The notes beneath the pieces were generated by a model. It had not been told where the DNA came from and searched no databases. It saw only the letters and a program-made list of their open reading frames with translations. Shown one piece after another: positions 51,045-64,000 of a DNA stretch of 64,000 nucleotides. Within the stretch, counting starts at the first letter, position 1; each line of letters starts with the position of its first letter. The position numbers were made by a program, and so were the translations under genes. This DNA comes from Octopus vulgaris (lineage: Eukaryota), in contig OX597819.1 of assembly GCA_951406725.2 (NCBI GenBank), positions 26,536,001 to 26,600,000 of the forward strand. The letters are read 5' to 3'.

Positions 51045-51455
51045 GTGTTGCATATTTGCCATTTGAATATGGCTAAGGGTGGATGCTACTGTAGTGTGTA
51101 GCCCCAGGAAGATATCTCCTCCAGTTGGCTATAGACACACTATCTGTGTCCTGTCAGTATTTGTGATGGGGAGTCATCCTCCCTGTCTTCAACACATGAT
51201 ACACACGTACCCGAGTTTCAAGGTGTTTACCTTTCATCAGCGTGTGACAATCATGGTTGTCGATGAGAAGTCAGATCCCTTCACAAATACATATACTTTT
51301 TCCAGTGTCGATTTGACGCTGATATTGAAAAAGTGAAATAGTGAAATTGATTTCACTGGAGGAGCCAACTAGAGGAGATATCTTCCTGGGGCTACAAACT
51401 ACAGTAGCATCCACCCTTATGGGTTAGCCATATTCAAATGGCAAATATGCAACAC
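51045..51455. mobile_element. MITE with ~90-bp TIRs
   Basis: GTGTTGCATATTTGCCATTTGAATATGGCTAA..GGGTGGATGCTACTGTAGT.TGTAGCCCCAGGAAGATATCTCCTC.AGTTGGCT is mirrored at 51363-51455. Confidence 0.88.
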
Positions 51456-51517
51456 TATATATATATATATATATATGTGTATATATGTATGTATGTTTAT
51501 ATATATATGTATGTATG

Positions 51518-51563
<46 letters not shown>

Positions 51564-51569
51564 TGCATG

Positions 51570-51600
<31 letters not shown>

Positions 51601-51739
51601 GCATGTATATATATATATATTTGTATGTATGTATGTATGTATGCATGTATATATATATTTGTATGTATGTATGTATGTATGTATGCATGTATATATATAT
51701 ATTTGTATGTATATATATGTATGTATGTATGTATATATA

Positions 51740-51775
<36 letters not shown>

Positions 51776-52312
51776 TGTATGTATGTATGTATGTATGTAC
51801 GTATGTATGTATGCGTTCCTCATTTATATACCTTTTCAAAGCCTTCTACGTTGCAGACGTGAGGAAACGTTCCGAAATCGAGAATTAAGTCTCGATATAA
51901 AAACGTTAATGAGGACGGGTTGTTTCTGCTAAACCAGAGGATAAAAGAAACCTTATAGGGTACACGTTTCCAGTAGTTAGTGCTTGAAGTGGGCACATTT
52001 AGAAAAAAACTTCTTTACGACTACTCAACGCGCTAGGTTTAATATAGTCCTGAAGTATTTTGACTCCACTCGTTTTAATATATGAGCCTGGATGATCTAT
52101 TATTTTCCACCTGATATCGCTCGGGGTCCATTGATCTCTGCGGCGTCACATATGGCGGACCAGGGACGTAAAAATCCGTCTTACTGGGACTATAAATGAT
52201 GGCTGGCCGTTGCGGAATCGAATTTTAAAAGATGTATATATATATATATGTATATATATATACATGTATATATATATGTATATATATATATATGTATGTA
52301 TATATATATATG

Positions 52313-52414
<102 letters not shown>

Positions 52415-53326
52415 CATATATATATATATCAGTTACTTACATATATATATATGTACACATGTATATATTTTTATAATAAATATATACATATCTGTATGAT
52501 GCTCTCCGTTCTCTACACATTTATATCATATAATCATATGCTTCCCAACACCTTATGAATGTATTTGGCAAGATTCCCTTGACAAACACAGTTAATGTTT
52601 TTAAAATAACTGAAACACGTTATTGTAATAGAACGTACTCTTCACAGGGTTGAACTGAAGTTCAACTTAATTCAGTTATAAGGAGCAACACTGCTTAAGA
52701 GTGCTTGTGCCATAGATAGACTAAAGACTCGGTTTGCTTAAAGCTTCAGTCATTACAGATATTCCTCTTTCATTTCAATTTGGATATTGATATCGATCTT
52801 TGGCTAAAATCCAGATAATTTGTAAACACTGTCCGTATTCAATTGAAACACGTCCAATAGATTGCTATTAATTAGCTTATCGATCCTGAGCGATAAAAGG
52901 TTAAATCAATAAGGGCGTGGTTGACCTTTCCATTTCGTTCAGAGTGATGAAGTCTATATTATATGGAATACATAACACACACAAACACATATATAATATA
53001 TTGTCAGTTAGTTGTCCATTTGTCGGAATCAAAAGCACACTCAGTGTAATTAATAAAGTTAGTATATTTTTATATTGTGGAAGATATATTATTGGTTACG
53101 GTATATAAATGGTCAGAATTCTACGTCTGTTTCGCATCAAATGTTCATTCATGGCAATATTCAGCGCGAACCTACAAAATATGGTGATCTGTTTAATTAT
53201 AAGCCATAACTAGAAATATATATATGTGTGTGCGTGTGTGTGTGTTTGTGTGTGTGTGTATACACGAAATTTATTCAAATTACAATTTACAAGAGTGCAG
53301 TTATTTCGTAGGAGATTTAAACATTG

Positions 53327-53760
53327 AAGCATGGAGTGGCTGTGTGGTAAGAAGCTTGCCTACTAACCACATGGTATTGGGTTCAGTCCCACTGCGTGCA
53401 CCTTGGGCAAGTGTATTCTACTATAGCCTCCGGCCGACCATACCCTTGTGAGTGGACTTGGTAGACAGACAGTGGAAGAAGCCCGTTGTATATGTATATA
53501 TATATGTATATATATATGTGTGTGTGTGTGTGTGTGCGTGTGTGCGTGTATATGTTTGTGCATCTGTTTGTCCCCCCCCCCCAGCATCGCTTGACAACCG
53601 ATGCTGGTGCGTTTACGTCCCCGTAACTTAGCGGTTCGGCAAAAGACTCTGATAGAATAAGTACTAGGGTTGCAAAGAATGAAATCTGGGGTCGATTTGG
53701 GCGACTATAAAGGCGGTGCTCCAGCATGGCCGCAATAAAATGATTGAAACAAATAAAAGA
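53327..53760 (+). mobile_element. SINE family A
   Basis: Homologous to 20213-20630. Confidence 0.9.
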
Positions 53761-55386
53761 CTAACGTAAACAATGAGACAGACAAACAAATGGCGGTATA
53801 CGTTAGTGTACGTCATTTCCAGTGTGAATCCGAATTGTCTTAGCTAAGACAGCAATCAACAGTGTGAGGAGAATTGTAGTTAGAGATATGATTGGTCTTA
53901 TACCCGATCGCAGGATTACATAATCATAACCATAAATTCGTGTATTTACATGTGAATGTGTTATGCATACTCCGTCATGTTTCTCTTTTGTATATTTTCT
54001 TCAATATATCTACTTTGACGTAATTCTCCTGTAATCAGTCATTCTGCGCTAACCTTCAATACAGAACTTAAGCAATTTTCTTCTTTTACTAAACACTTAA
54101 TCGTGTAATATATGGTGCAATGAATCTGGTTCATAACTTCGTTAATGTTGCAATATGTTTTCTTGGACTACAGAGCATTGCCATTCAGTTTCTTCATTGT
54201 TTATGATCGGGAATTGAATTATTTTCGTACGGTAACATCTATTGATTACATATGACTAAACAACAATTGATGTATATACTTATAATCATAAAGCATCTAT
54301 AAATGAATTAGATATCTTAAACATCAGACCCAATCACTAAAACAGGATTAAGTAATGTGCGTATTTACATTGTGGATTTTCCTATGTAAATATTCCCCCA
54401 CTTTCTCTGCATATATTTATAGATATACGGTCTGTAGTATTACCAATCTATATAGTTTGTACTTTTACTAGTGTCAATCTTTATATGAACTTAAGTTCAT
54501 TTCTGTTTAATTGCTCGTATGTAGGTGTACCCTCGTAAATATGCATCCGATATTGATTATGTACGCGTTTATATCCTTGAGAACAAAGAAATTATGCGCT
54601 TTATTTTTGCATATGATTAAATATATTTGACGTATGGAAAATTTATTATCGTATAATGGATGGAAACTGTCTCCATCAATCTTTCAGCTAAATGAAGAAA
54701 TCAGAGTTTGAAAGTCAATCTTCAGACCGGAAACTGTTCTGGTCGAAATAAACGTTAATTAGGTAAATCTTTAAGTGGAACATCTATCACTGAGAATACA
54801 CAACGAAGCTGGTAGCTCGTATTTGATTTTAACTCTTCAATTATAGAGGTTCGTCATCACTATCATTATCATCCTCAATATCATCATCATCATCATCGTC
54901 GTCATCGTCACATTGTCATCGTTGTCCCCTTTATTGCTATATACATTGTCTTTGTCGTTGTTGTTGCCATATTCATCATCTGTATCATCATCATCATCTG
55001 TATCATCATCATCAGCAGCAGCAGCAGCAATCATTATATTTTCAGTTGTTGATTCTATCCTTAATAACGCTGCATCGCCTAGAACTTCGTACATGGACTA
55101 CATTTTGTCAACTTGACATTAACGCTTTGATTTCCTTCTCCTAATCCCGACGTTATCGCCCAAAAAATATGTCTTCGCTTCCAGTCATCATCAGACAGTA
55201 TAAGATTGCATGTGTATTATTTCAGCTCAATTAACAATATGGACCATGGCATATTTTGTATAAGGAAGCTATGCTGGATTACAATCCTTTCCCGTAATTC
55301 TGGATTTGGAAAGTTGTTCAATTTCTCATTGTTATATATTCTATAAGAATATACATACACGAATACAATAATTTCATCTAAATGAA

Positions 55387-55698
55387 GGCGCATGCATTAG
55401 TGACATCCGGCTTACGATTGTAAGGTCGTCAGTTCGATTCCCGGCGACGCGTTGTGTCCTTGAGCAAGACACTTTATTTCACGTTGCTCCAGTCCACTCA
55501 GCTGGCAAAAATGAGTTGTACCTGTATTTCAAAGGGCCGGCCTTGTCACACTCTGTGTCACGCTGAATCTCCCTCAGAATTACGTTAGGGGTACGCGTGT
55601 CTATGAATTGCTCAGTCACTTGCACGTTAATTGCACGAACAGGCAGTTCCGTTGATCGTATCAGGTGTGACCCTCGTCGTCGTAACAGACAGAGTGCT
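55387..55698 (+). mobile_element. SINE (head 2 + tail X)
   Basis: B-box AGTTCGATTCC; core TGTGTCCTTGAGCAAGACACTTTATTTCACGTTGCTCCAG; the 3' half is shared with 7421-7610. Confidence 0.88.
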
Positions 55699-57279
55699 CA
55701 AAATTTCATCTAAAATAAGATGTTTTTCCTTCATTTGGTCTTTGACCGAGAGAAATGGATGTTACCAGTCGGTCTCGAACGGTTATTGTGTGTTTCGAAT
55801 CAGAACTATAACGCCTTTCCGCTGGTGGATCAGCTGTGGTGGTCAATTCACTACTCATTCTTTCTTCCTGACTTCCAGCTTAAATTCTCCCCTCCGCGCA
55901 TTTCGCGAACTCTCTCATTATGCGCGCAACTAATTTTCTCTCTCTTCTTCTTCATCTAAAACAGCAAGCATTCATTGAGTATCATCGATTTCATATTATT
56001 AACCAAGTTATTAGTATAAAATTTAATTTCAGTTCTTCACACAGTTAATAAATTTCTAAATTTTCCATTTTTTTTATTTATTAGTACACTTGAAATCAAC
56101 GAGGAACGGCGAGTGTCCGTAGACATTTCTATACTCGCTATAACTGTTGTATTCCTTTAGACCCCATCAATATTGTCCTAAGTAAACAATGGCAAATAGA
56201 ATACCTTAGCCTAGTGAAAAGAAGAAAAAACACGAGAGGGAGCAAGAAGGCATCTGTTTAATAAGATCACGTGAATGGGGATGGACCTGGATTTCAATAG
56301 TAATAACAGTAGGGGATTGTGCATATTTCGTCGACTAAAAGATTACATTAAAAAATCTTATGGAAAATGATAATAAAGAAAAGGAAAGTATGTAAGCATG
56401 CTTAGATAAATTATTAGTTTCTAACATAACCACAAATACAGTGTATTCAGCACGTAACTGGAAGTTATTTTCCTGGCCCTGAAACAACATGATAAATCCC
56501 CCTCGGTGAAATTTGAAAGCAAAACGCAAAATTATGAGCGAAAAGTACGTCTATCCTTGGAATAAAGAAGTTGTACTTATGTTCTGTCTAGACCCATAAG
56601 TACAAGTGAGAGACAGTTGATATTTTTCTGGATCATCTACTATGTGTCAGTTGCACGAAAATGGAAAAAGAAAAAAATGCGAACAAGTTTAAGTCCCCTG
56701 TATTCATATATTTATTTAATGTGAGGCTTGAGGATGTCAGAGGACTTCAGGAGCGTTGAGTGAGCGAGAAACTATTGATTAGGGTGTGCCAACGTGCAGA
56801 TGACATCTGACCAGTTACTTTCAATGAATAGACACTATTGTCCCATCGATCTCTCTTTAACTTACTAGGTCAGGTGTTGCAAAAAATGCTATAAGGCCTT
56901 AGCTACAACAGATATCAGCATGTACACCCAGACATGCATATGTCTGTGTGTGCATGAGTGTGTGTGTGTCTCTCTGTGTGCATGGGCGTGTGTGTGTATG
57001 TATGTCAGCAGTCAGAAGTACAAGTGGCGTTTTGCCTGCAAAATCTGGTGACCCTTCAGTTAATTGTAATCACAGAACTGTCTCTTCCTCAGCTTTTCAC
57101 TTTTCCACCTCACTTATGAAAAAGCTTTTCACTTTTTAATTATTGCATCAATACAAATAAGACAATTTTCTTCTCTCATTCAAGAAATCTGGGCCAATTC
57201 TTTTTAATACATATTTGTTGTTGATAATCAATCGCCGCTACTGTTGGATTGCCCATCAGTTTTAGGTGTCTGGAAAGAA

Positions 57280-58800
57280 GCTATGAAGTAGATCTGACAG
57301 CCTAAAAGGGATTATATTTGATATTGAATTTGATATTTTAAAAAGACTTCATGCGATTTTAAAATAGGTCATATTGACAAAGCATCAAGTCGTGTTATGT
57401 TTACAGTGGGAATAATACGTGACAACAGAGAGAAAATTATGTCAAGTGCTCAAGAAATTACTCCGTTAACTGTCCGGACCCTAAATGCTTAAAATGGAAG
57501 GATACTTGTGTGCATAGATCGAGTACCAGAATCGGCGAGACGAACGAAATTCGAAATAGAGCGAAAATCGTATGAGCATGTTTGCAGAAAAAGAACCTTT
57601 TAATGAAAAACCCACCTTGACTAGACTAGGGTTTTTTAAAGTTTTAGAAGCGCATCAATTCGCACAGCATAAAAATGACGGCTGAAACTGCGAGCGCTGA
57701 TACAAAGGCTGCTACTTATTCTGAGCAGTTAAAGAAAATTACTTCCGAAGAGGGCTGCACAGCAGAGCAAGTGTACAATGTTGATGGAGCTGCACTTTTT
57801 CTCGAAGCACATGAACTTTTATTACCCAAGAAGTCAAATCAACACCAGGATTTAAAGCTACCAAAAACTAACACTTCGTTTGGGGGGAAATACCATTGCT
57901 AACAGGAAATCAAAACTCCTACACGTGTCGAAAAATCTAAGGGTTTTCACAAGTTACACAATGTTTAATTTTCCTCTGTTCTGGCATCGATGTCTAAAAA
58001 ACATTTGAGAATGGTTTACAAAAGTCTTTTGTTCTGCGGTACGGTGCCAGATATAATATTTCCAACGAAGGCTAGCTTCCTTTAGGCAATACACCGAATC
58101 AGCCAGCGAAGTTAGATGACCTTTCAGATAATGTGAAAGTAGAATCTATCCCCCAAAATATAACTTCTTTGCTCCATCGAAGCGAACTTATATGAAACTC
58201 GTTATAATATAAGCGTAGAATATATCCACGAAAATACAACTTGTCTGCTCCAGTGGTTGAATGAAGGCGTGAGAGTTGCATTCTAAGCGTATTATATCGG
58301 AGAACATTCAAACAAGTTATGAAAAGAATTGACTGCGCGGGTTGCGGTAAACCTGGAAGAAAACCAACATAATGGATGCTGTGGATCATATAGCTAAGTA
58401 ATGGTATGAAGTGAAACCTCTAACTTAGAATGCTGCCTGGAAAGATAGATAATCAGACTGTATCCGTAACATTACAGGTTTTCTTCAAGTCGAAAGTTTT
58501 TACATGAAAACCTTGACGAGCAGCTGGTGCTGTTAAAAAAATAAACAAGCTGGGAATTCAGATGAGACAACCGAGGTTCTACCTACACCGCTTAAATTGA
58601 CAACAAAAAATATTGTTTAATGGTTGGCCCTTATAGAGGAAGGTTTGCAGGTTTTTGTTGATTATGATCCTAATCGTGAACGTAACATACAAGAGATGCT
58701 TACTATGAGCACAGTTCCTATACTATAAAGGGATGATGCGTCAGAAGCGAAAACAAGTTGGGATACGTTCTTCACACCACAGGCTGACATTGATGATAAT
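57280..58800 (+). mobile_element. Degraded Tigger/pogo transposase
   Basis: HTH-like FDILKRL..TVGIIRDNREKI; SIKMTAETASADTKAA..EQLKKITSEEGCTAEQVYNVDGAALF (Tigger GE.ASAD...YNVDETGLFW); C-terminal DAVDHIAK.WYEVKP.T.NAAWK. Boundaries are approximate. Confidence 0.85.
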
Positions 58801-59207
58801 GAATTATAAAATAGTAAGTATTGTCCCTCAACGTTCCTTTAATAATCATTCCACCACTGCACTAGTCATCATTTTTTGTGGTAAGGACGTACTCCTACAA
58901 TATTATAATTCTTATTAATTTTCTAATTTACTCCTCTTGAAATCTTTTGTTTTTATGTATTTGAATTGTACCGTGTGTGCTTAGAAATCATCTGTAAAGG
59001 TGATCATGCTCTTTATTCGCCGTTGTTTTCTTGTCCTTTTGTTTTTTCGAACAAAGTCCTTAGGAATGCAATTTCACCTGATAATATGAAAAAAATAATA
59101 ATTAGCATGCTTAATTTCGCCTTCCGGAATCCTGCTATTAAGCCAGAATTTCAGGAATGCATTACTTCCATAAAATGAGTGATTCTTGTACACACACACA
59201 CACACAC

Positions 59208-59271
<64 letters not shown>

Positions 59272-59308
59272 GTATATACTGTTTGACACACACACACATA
59301 CACACATG

Positions 59309-59361
<53 letters not shown>

Positions 59362-60230
59362 TGTTTGACAATCGAGAAAAACCAAAAGATTAGCAGAGCC
59401 ACTTGGAGGGTGCTACGGAGTTGTTGCAGACAGTAGGTCTCTTTCGGGAGTTTGGTGTATGCTGGTTACAAAAGAAACACCCAATATCACCTCATCATTG
59501 TGCGTTTAAAAATGAAATAAAATAAAACCACGCTTGGTCTCGACGGAAAAGCAAACACCAAGTATAAGTTGAAGAGAGGAAGCAACCTCGATGATATTGC
59601 TGATAAAATAACGGTGCCATTTAAAATACCATTCGATCAAAGATGGAAGCCGATTGAGTGATGCTACGTATTGAATGCAATCCAGTTTTGAATGCAATCC
59701 AAGAAGCACTTTAAAATTGAGAAAAAATAGATATTTGAATAATTACATTGCTAATACGTTGCAAATATCTGAATTTGCATGTTGCTTATCCGCCCTACAA
59801 TTAAATCTCAATTTGTCGAGCCGATCTAGGAAGTCTCCGGACAGTCGTTCCGTCTGCTACAAGCGGTGGGAAACATTTGCTATTATCACAACTCCGTTTT
59901 TAATAAAGTAAATTAGATGTTGTAGACTTAGATATATTACATCTGCAAAAAATAAAGTGGGTCACAGCTTGGACGATTGACCTAATAGGTTTACTGAATC
60001 AGCCGGATCTGGAGCCGATCCTCATCATGAGTACCGGCAATACATCCCTCGATAACTTTCGTATTATTTTTAAAAAGAAAAGGAATTATACGATATTACA
60101 AGCGAAGAAATAAATCTAGCTGTTCTTGCATTTAGTCCTAATAGTCCATACAAATGATCAATGAGATTCCAACCGCATTCATTTTGTATATTTTTTTCGT
60201 TCATAGAGCTTTTCGGACTATATATATATT

Positions 60231-60529
60231 GAGACCCCCTTCGGTCATGACTAACCGTGGGATTGCACCTAGAAAGTTACCCTCCCAGGCAGAAGTCCGG
60301 GCAAGGTTGTTTATGGAAGACCAGCAGTCGCCCATGCATACCAGCCTCCCTTCTCCACGCCACCAGTGTTATCCAAAGGAAAGGCAAAGGCCAATACAGC
60401 TTGGTACCTGTGACGTCGCAACTCATTTCTACAGCTGAGTGAAATGGAGCAACGTAAAATAAAGTGTCTTGCTCAAGAACACAACACGCAACCCGGTCCG
60501 GGATTCGAACTCACAACCTCACGATCGTA
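60231..60529 (-). mobile_element. SINE (head 2 + tail Z), 5' slightly truncated
   Basis: GAGTTCGAATCCC B-box and the same core as 55387; distinct tail ending CATGACCGAAGGGGGTCTC. Confidence 0.85.
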
Positions 60530-60705
60530 TATATTGTCCGTTCCGTCAGGATTTTAAGGCGGAACATGTGATCTGGGATAGATTTAGTTGATGGTTTTAA
60601 AACCGAACAGTGTAACATAAACTGGGACACTAATTGAGAGAGTTAAAAAATGTACGTTTGGTTTTACAAATGAGAGATAGAGAAAAAAGTCCGATGAACA
60701 GTTTT

Positions 60706-60945
60706 GCCCCAGGACTTATAGGGCTGGATAGCCGGTTTCATTGACATATAAGAGACCGACATCACAGCATTTCTCCCAGAAGAGACGCCGGTTCGTCGTA
60801 GGGTTCATCATTTACAGCTGAGTGGAATGGTGCCTCGGGAAATGAAGCATTGTGCTCAAGATTAAAGTGCACCGCACAGACCTGGAAATGGACCACGAGT
60901 TTGTGATCGTGAGTGCAACACACGAACCACAAGGCATGGGTCTTA
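60706..60945 (-). mobile_element. Degraded SINE (head 2 + tail Y-like)
   Basis: Core TCTTGAGCACAATGCTTCATTTC...CCACTCAGCTGTAAATG, then CCCTACGACGAACCGGCGTCTC...GAAACCGG. Confidence 0.6.
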
Positions 60946-61312
60946 CAGAATTTAAGACAGCGACTCCTTCTTATTGTATTGGTTTCAGTAATTGTTATAC
61001 ATATACTTGTGTGAGAAAACGGGAGTGAGAGAGAGAATGAGAAAGAGAGAGAGAAAGAGAGAGGAAGAGAGATTGTGTGTGAATACAAAGATGCATGTCG
61101 AGTACCGCTCACAAGGTATCAAATAGTCAATGCAGGATTATTGTAGATAAGGATTCCAAGGTACTGTGCAGATGGATGGAACCTGTAACACATGGAGCTA
61201 CAAGTTCTAAACCACATGCTTGTGCCCGCGCGCGTCTGTCTGTGTGTCTGCGTGTATGTTCGTGTGTGTATGTGTGTTTGTGTGCCTGCGGGTGTATGTG
61301 TATGTATGTATG

Positions 61313-61343
<31 letters not shown>

Positions 61344-63302
61344 ACTGGAGCAAGTTATGTGTTCGAAGATATATTAAATGTATATTGGCAAGTAATTCGT
61401 TTAATAATGGATGAGGATCTTTTCAGTGGAAAATAACTCAATATTTGCGTTCTTTAAAACTTATCATTCATTAAATCACGAGTAATGAAAATATTGAAAT
61501 ACACAGTAAACAACAGGCATTTCATTTGTTAGTAATACGCTATCTCACGCTGTCTCTGTTTTGTTTTAGTTTATTTAGTTTAGCATTCTCTTGGCTTCCT
61601 TTAATTGAAGTCATTACTTGTTATTGTTGAATATTTTGTTTTCCGATGGGTGCTTTCCTTTTTAGTTTTATTTGGGTGATGCTATATATTTTGTTTGATA
61701 CTTCTTTATTTTATTTGAATTGTTTTTTAAATTATATTTGTTTAGTTTGGTAGAAGGAAAGTTTATTCAGTACGTTTACAGATTGATATCAATGAGGAAA
61801 GAGCAGAGTAACCAGATCTTCGAACAATTAGTTATCTCCAAAAGCGAGAAGCGGCGATTATTGGGGAAAAGAAGCAGAAAGAACAAAGACAGATAAAGAG
61901 ATAGAGAGAGAGAGATGGAGAGGAACAGAAGAAGAAAGGTAAATGGGAAGAGAAAATAGCGGATATAATAATGATCGGTCTCAGCTGCTTTCTAAAAATA
62001 ACACTTTTATTTACAGTCAACGGATTGTCAAGTAATGTTCGAATACTGTGCTTAATGGCAGGAGATAAAGATTGGAAAATACGAAGTAAATGAACTGAGT
62101 GAGAGAGAGACAGAAAGTGAAAGAGGAGAAAAAGAGAGACAGTGACAGTTATGATAGAAATACAGAAGATATTAGAGTGATAGAGAAATTATAAACGGAA
62201 TATATTTGGATGAAAGAAAGAGAAAGGAATCTCCGTGTAGGTGAGAAGTTCAAAGTTGATTTATTAAAATCGTAGGGGATTAATATAACGAGAAATTTGG
62301 GCGAGAGAAACTACTCAAAACTGGGTTCGGTTCAGTAGTTAAGGTACATTTTGGTGAAAGGATGTAGTCGATTATATTCATTCTCTCGTAGCTGACATTT
62401 TTTTTTTTAATAATAGGGGTTCACGGGAGTTTATCCCTTCTTACACAGGCAGAAAAAGTGAGGTACTGAAACACCTACGACGGGGTGCCGAAACGTTCCT
62501 CGCTTTAAGGGTATCGCATGTTTAGAGTCCCAGCATTCCGAGTTCTTTTCCAGGGTGTAGAAAAACTGAAGGGCCGCTGCAATTAGTGCAATCTGAGAGG
62601 AGAATGTGTTCAATAAAATCATAATTGAGTGATCCGCCTGTATTTTCCTTTACTGTAAGCCAGGAAGTTTTCAGCACCTGCCCCTTTCATAGATATCCTG
62701 GAACTTTATTTTACCAAGTGTGCAAGGTTGAGACGCAAAATTCACTGAGAATTTGAAATTAGAATATACAGAGAAGAGGCATAAGTCCATACGACATTCT
62801 GGCCGAGGCTCTTACTGATATTGACACATCACATTTTTAACATATTGGGGATTAGAGGTAGTTCCTTTTGCTATTGTGGTTCATATGTAAGGCAGTGTTT
62901 TATAGATCTACGTTCACAGATCCTCTATCAATGAACAATCCATCATTTTTGGGCAATTTAAATTTATATTACCATTCTGACTTTCCCATTTCTAAGATGG
63001 TATAATGCCATTTGGGGTAGATGAAGCACTTATTCCTAAAATGCCAAGCGATCGAATACATGTTCGTTCGTTGAATCGAAGACATGTTCGTTCGTATAAG
63101 AGATAAGCAGTAATAAAAGTTTTGGGAAAGAGAATACAATTATAGGAAATAAAAAGTAAAATTAAGAAAGAGATATATAGTAAAGACAATACTAAATTTA
63201 AAAGACCTTTACTTGGCCAGCAAGAATATATGACAAAATAAGTATAGTTTTGTAGATCAGTGACACCGGGAGAAATTGGGGAATGAATGAAAGGTTTGTG
63301 CT

Positions 63303-63402
63303 NNNNNNNNNNNNNNNNNNNNNNNNNNNNNNNNNNNNNNNNNNNNNNNNNNNNNNNNNNNNNNNNNNNNNNNNNNNNNNNNNNNNNNNNNNNNNNNNNN
63401 NN
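63303..63402. other. Assembly gap (100 N)
   Basis: Run of N. Confidence 1.
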
Positions 63403-64000
63403 GAAACTATTGATTAGGGTGTGCCAACGTGCAGATGACATCTGACCAGTTACTTTCAATGAATAGACACTATTGTCCCATCGATCTCTCTTTAACTTAC
63501 TAGGTCAGGTGTTGCAAAAAATGCTATAAGGCCTTAGCTACAACAGATATCAGCATGTACACCCAGACATGCATATGTCTGTGTGTGCATGAGTGTATGT
63601 GTGTCTCTCTGTGTGCATGGGCGTGTGTGTGTATGTATGTCAGCAGTCAGAAGTACAAGTGGCATTTTGCCTGCAAAATCTGGTGACCCTTCAGTTAATT
63701 GTAATCACAGAACTGTCTCTTCCTCAGCTTTTCATTTTTCCACCTCACTTATGAAAAAGCTTTTCACTTTTTAATTATTGCATCAATACAAATAAGACAA
63801 TTTTCTTCTCTCATTCAAGAAATCTGGGCCAATTCTTTTTAATACATATTTGTTGTTGATAATCAATCGCCGCTACTGTTGGATTGCCCATCAGTTTTAG
63901 GTGTCTGGAAAGAAGCTATGAAGTAGATCTGACAGCCTAAAAGGGATTATATTTGATATTGAATTTGATATTTTAAAAAGACTTCATGCGATTTAAAAAT
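63403..64000 (+). repeat. Duplicate of 56768-57365, starting exactly at the gap
   Basis: 598 bp with about four substitutions seen by eye. Confidence 0.95.

Overview
This is AT-rich eukaryotic animal DNA, most likely from Octopus or another coleoid cephalopod; that call rests on my recognition of the repeat families, not on a database search. The window is almost entirely intronic or intergenic. The only host coding sequence I can support is two phase-0 plus-strand exons (39753-39842 and 42108-42275) of a BAIAP3/Munc13-4 (staccato-like) gene, which the ORF track misses. The rest is (TA)n, (TTA)n and (TATG)n microsatellite plus transposon debris: tRNA-type SINEs of several modular kinds, a 5'-truncated CR1-group LINE, an RTE 3' end, R4/Dong fragments in (TAA)n tracts, mariner and Tigger remnants, MITEs, and Penelope-like element (PLE) pieces (a GIY-YIG remnant, hammerhead-like motifs, inverted duplications). 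Nearly all ORF-track entries are microsatellite artefacts. I found no new protein-coding system. The best leads are: (i) hammerhead-bearing PLE palindromes in TA tracts; (ii) a chain of TAA-associated retroelements in one intron, including an unexplained ~560-bp non-coding element; (iii) LINE-SINE pairs with shared, covarying 3' tails; (iv) local duplications centred on (TA)n. The last 598 bp, after a 100-N gap, repeat earlier sequence and are probably an uncollapsed haplotype.
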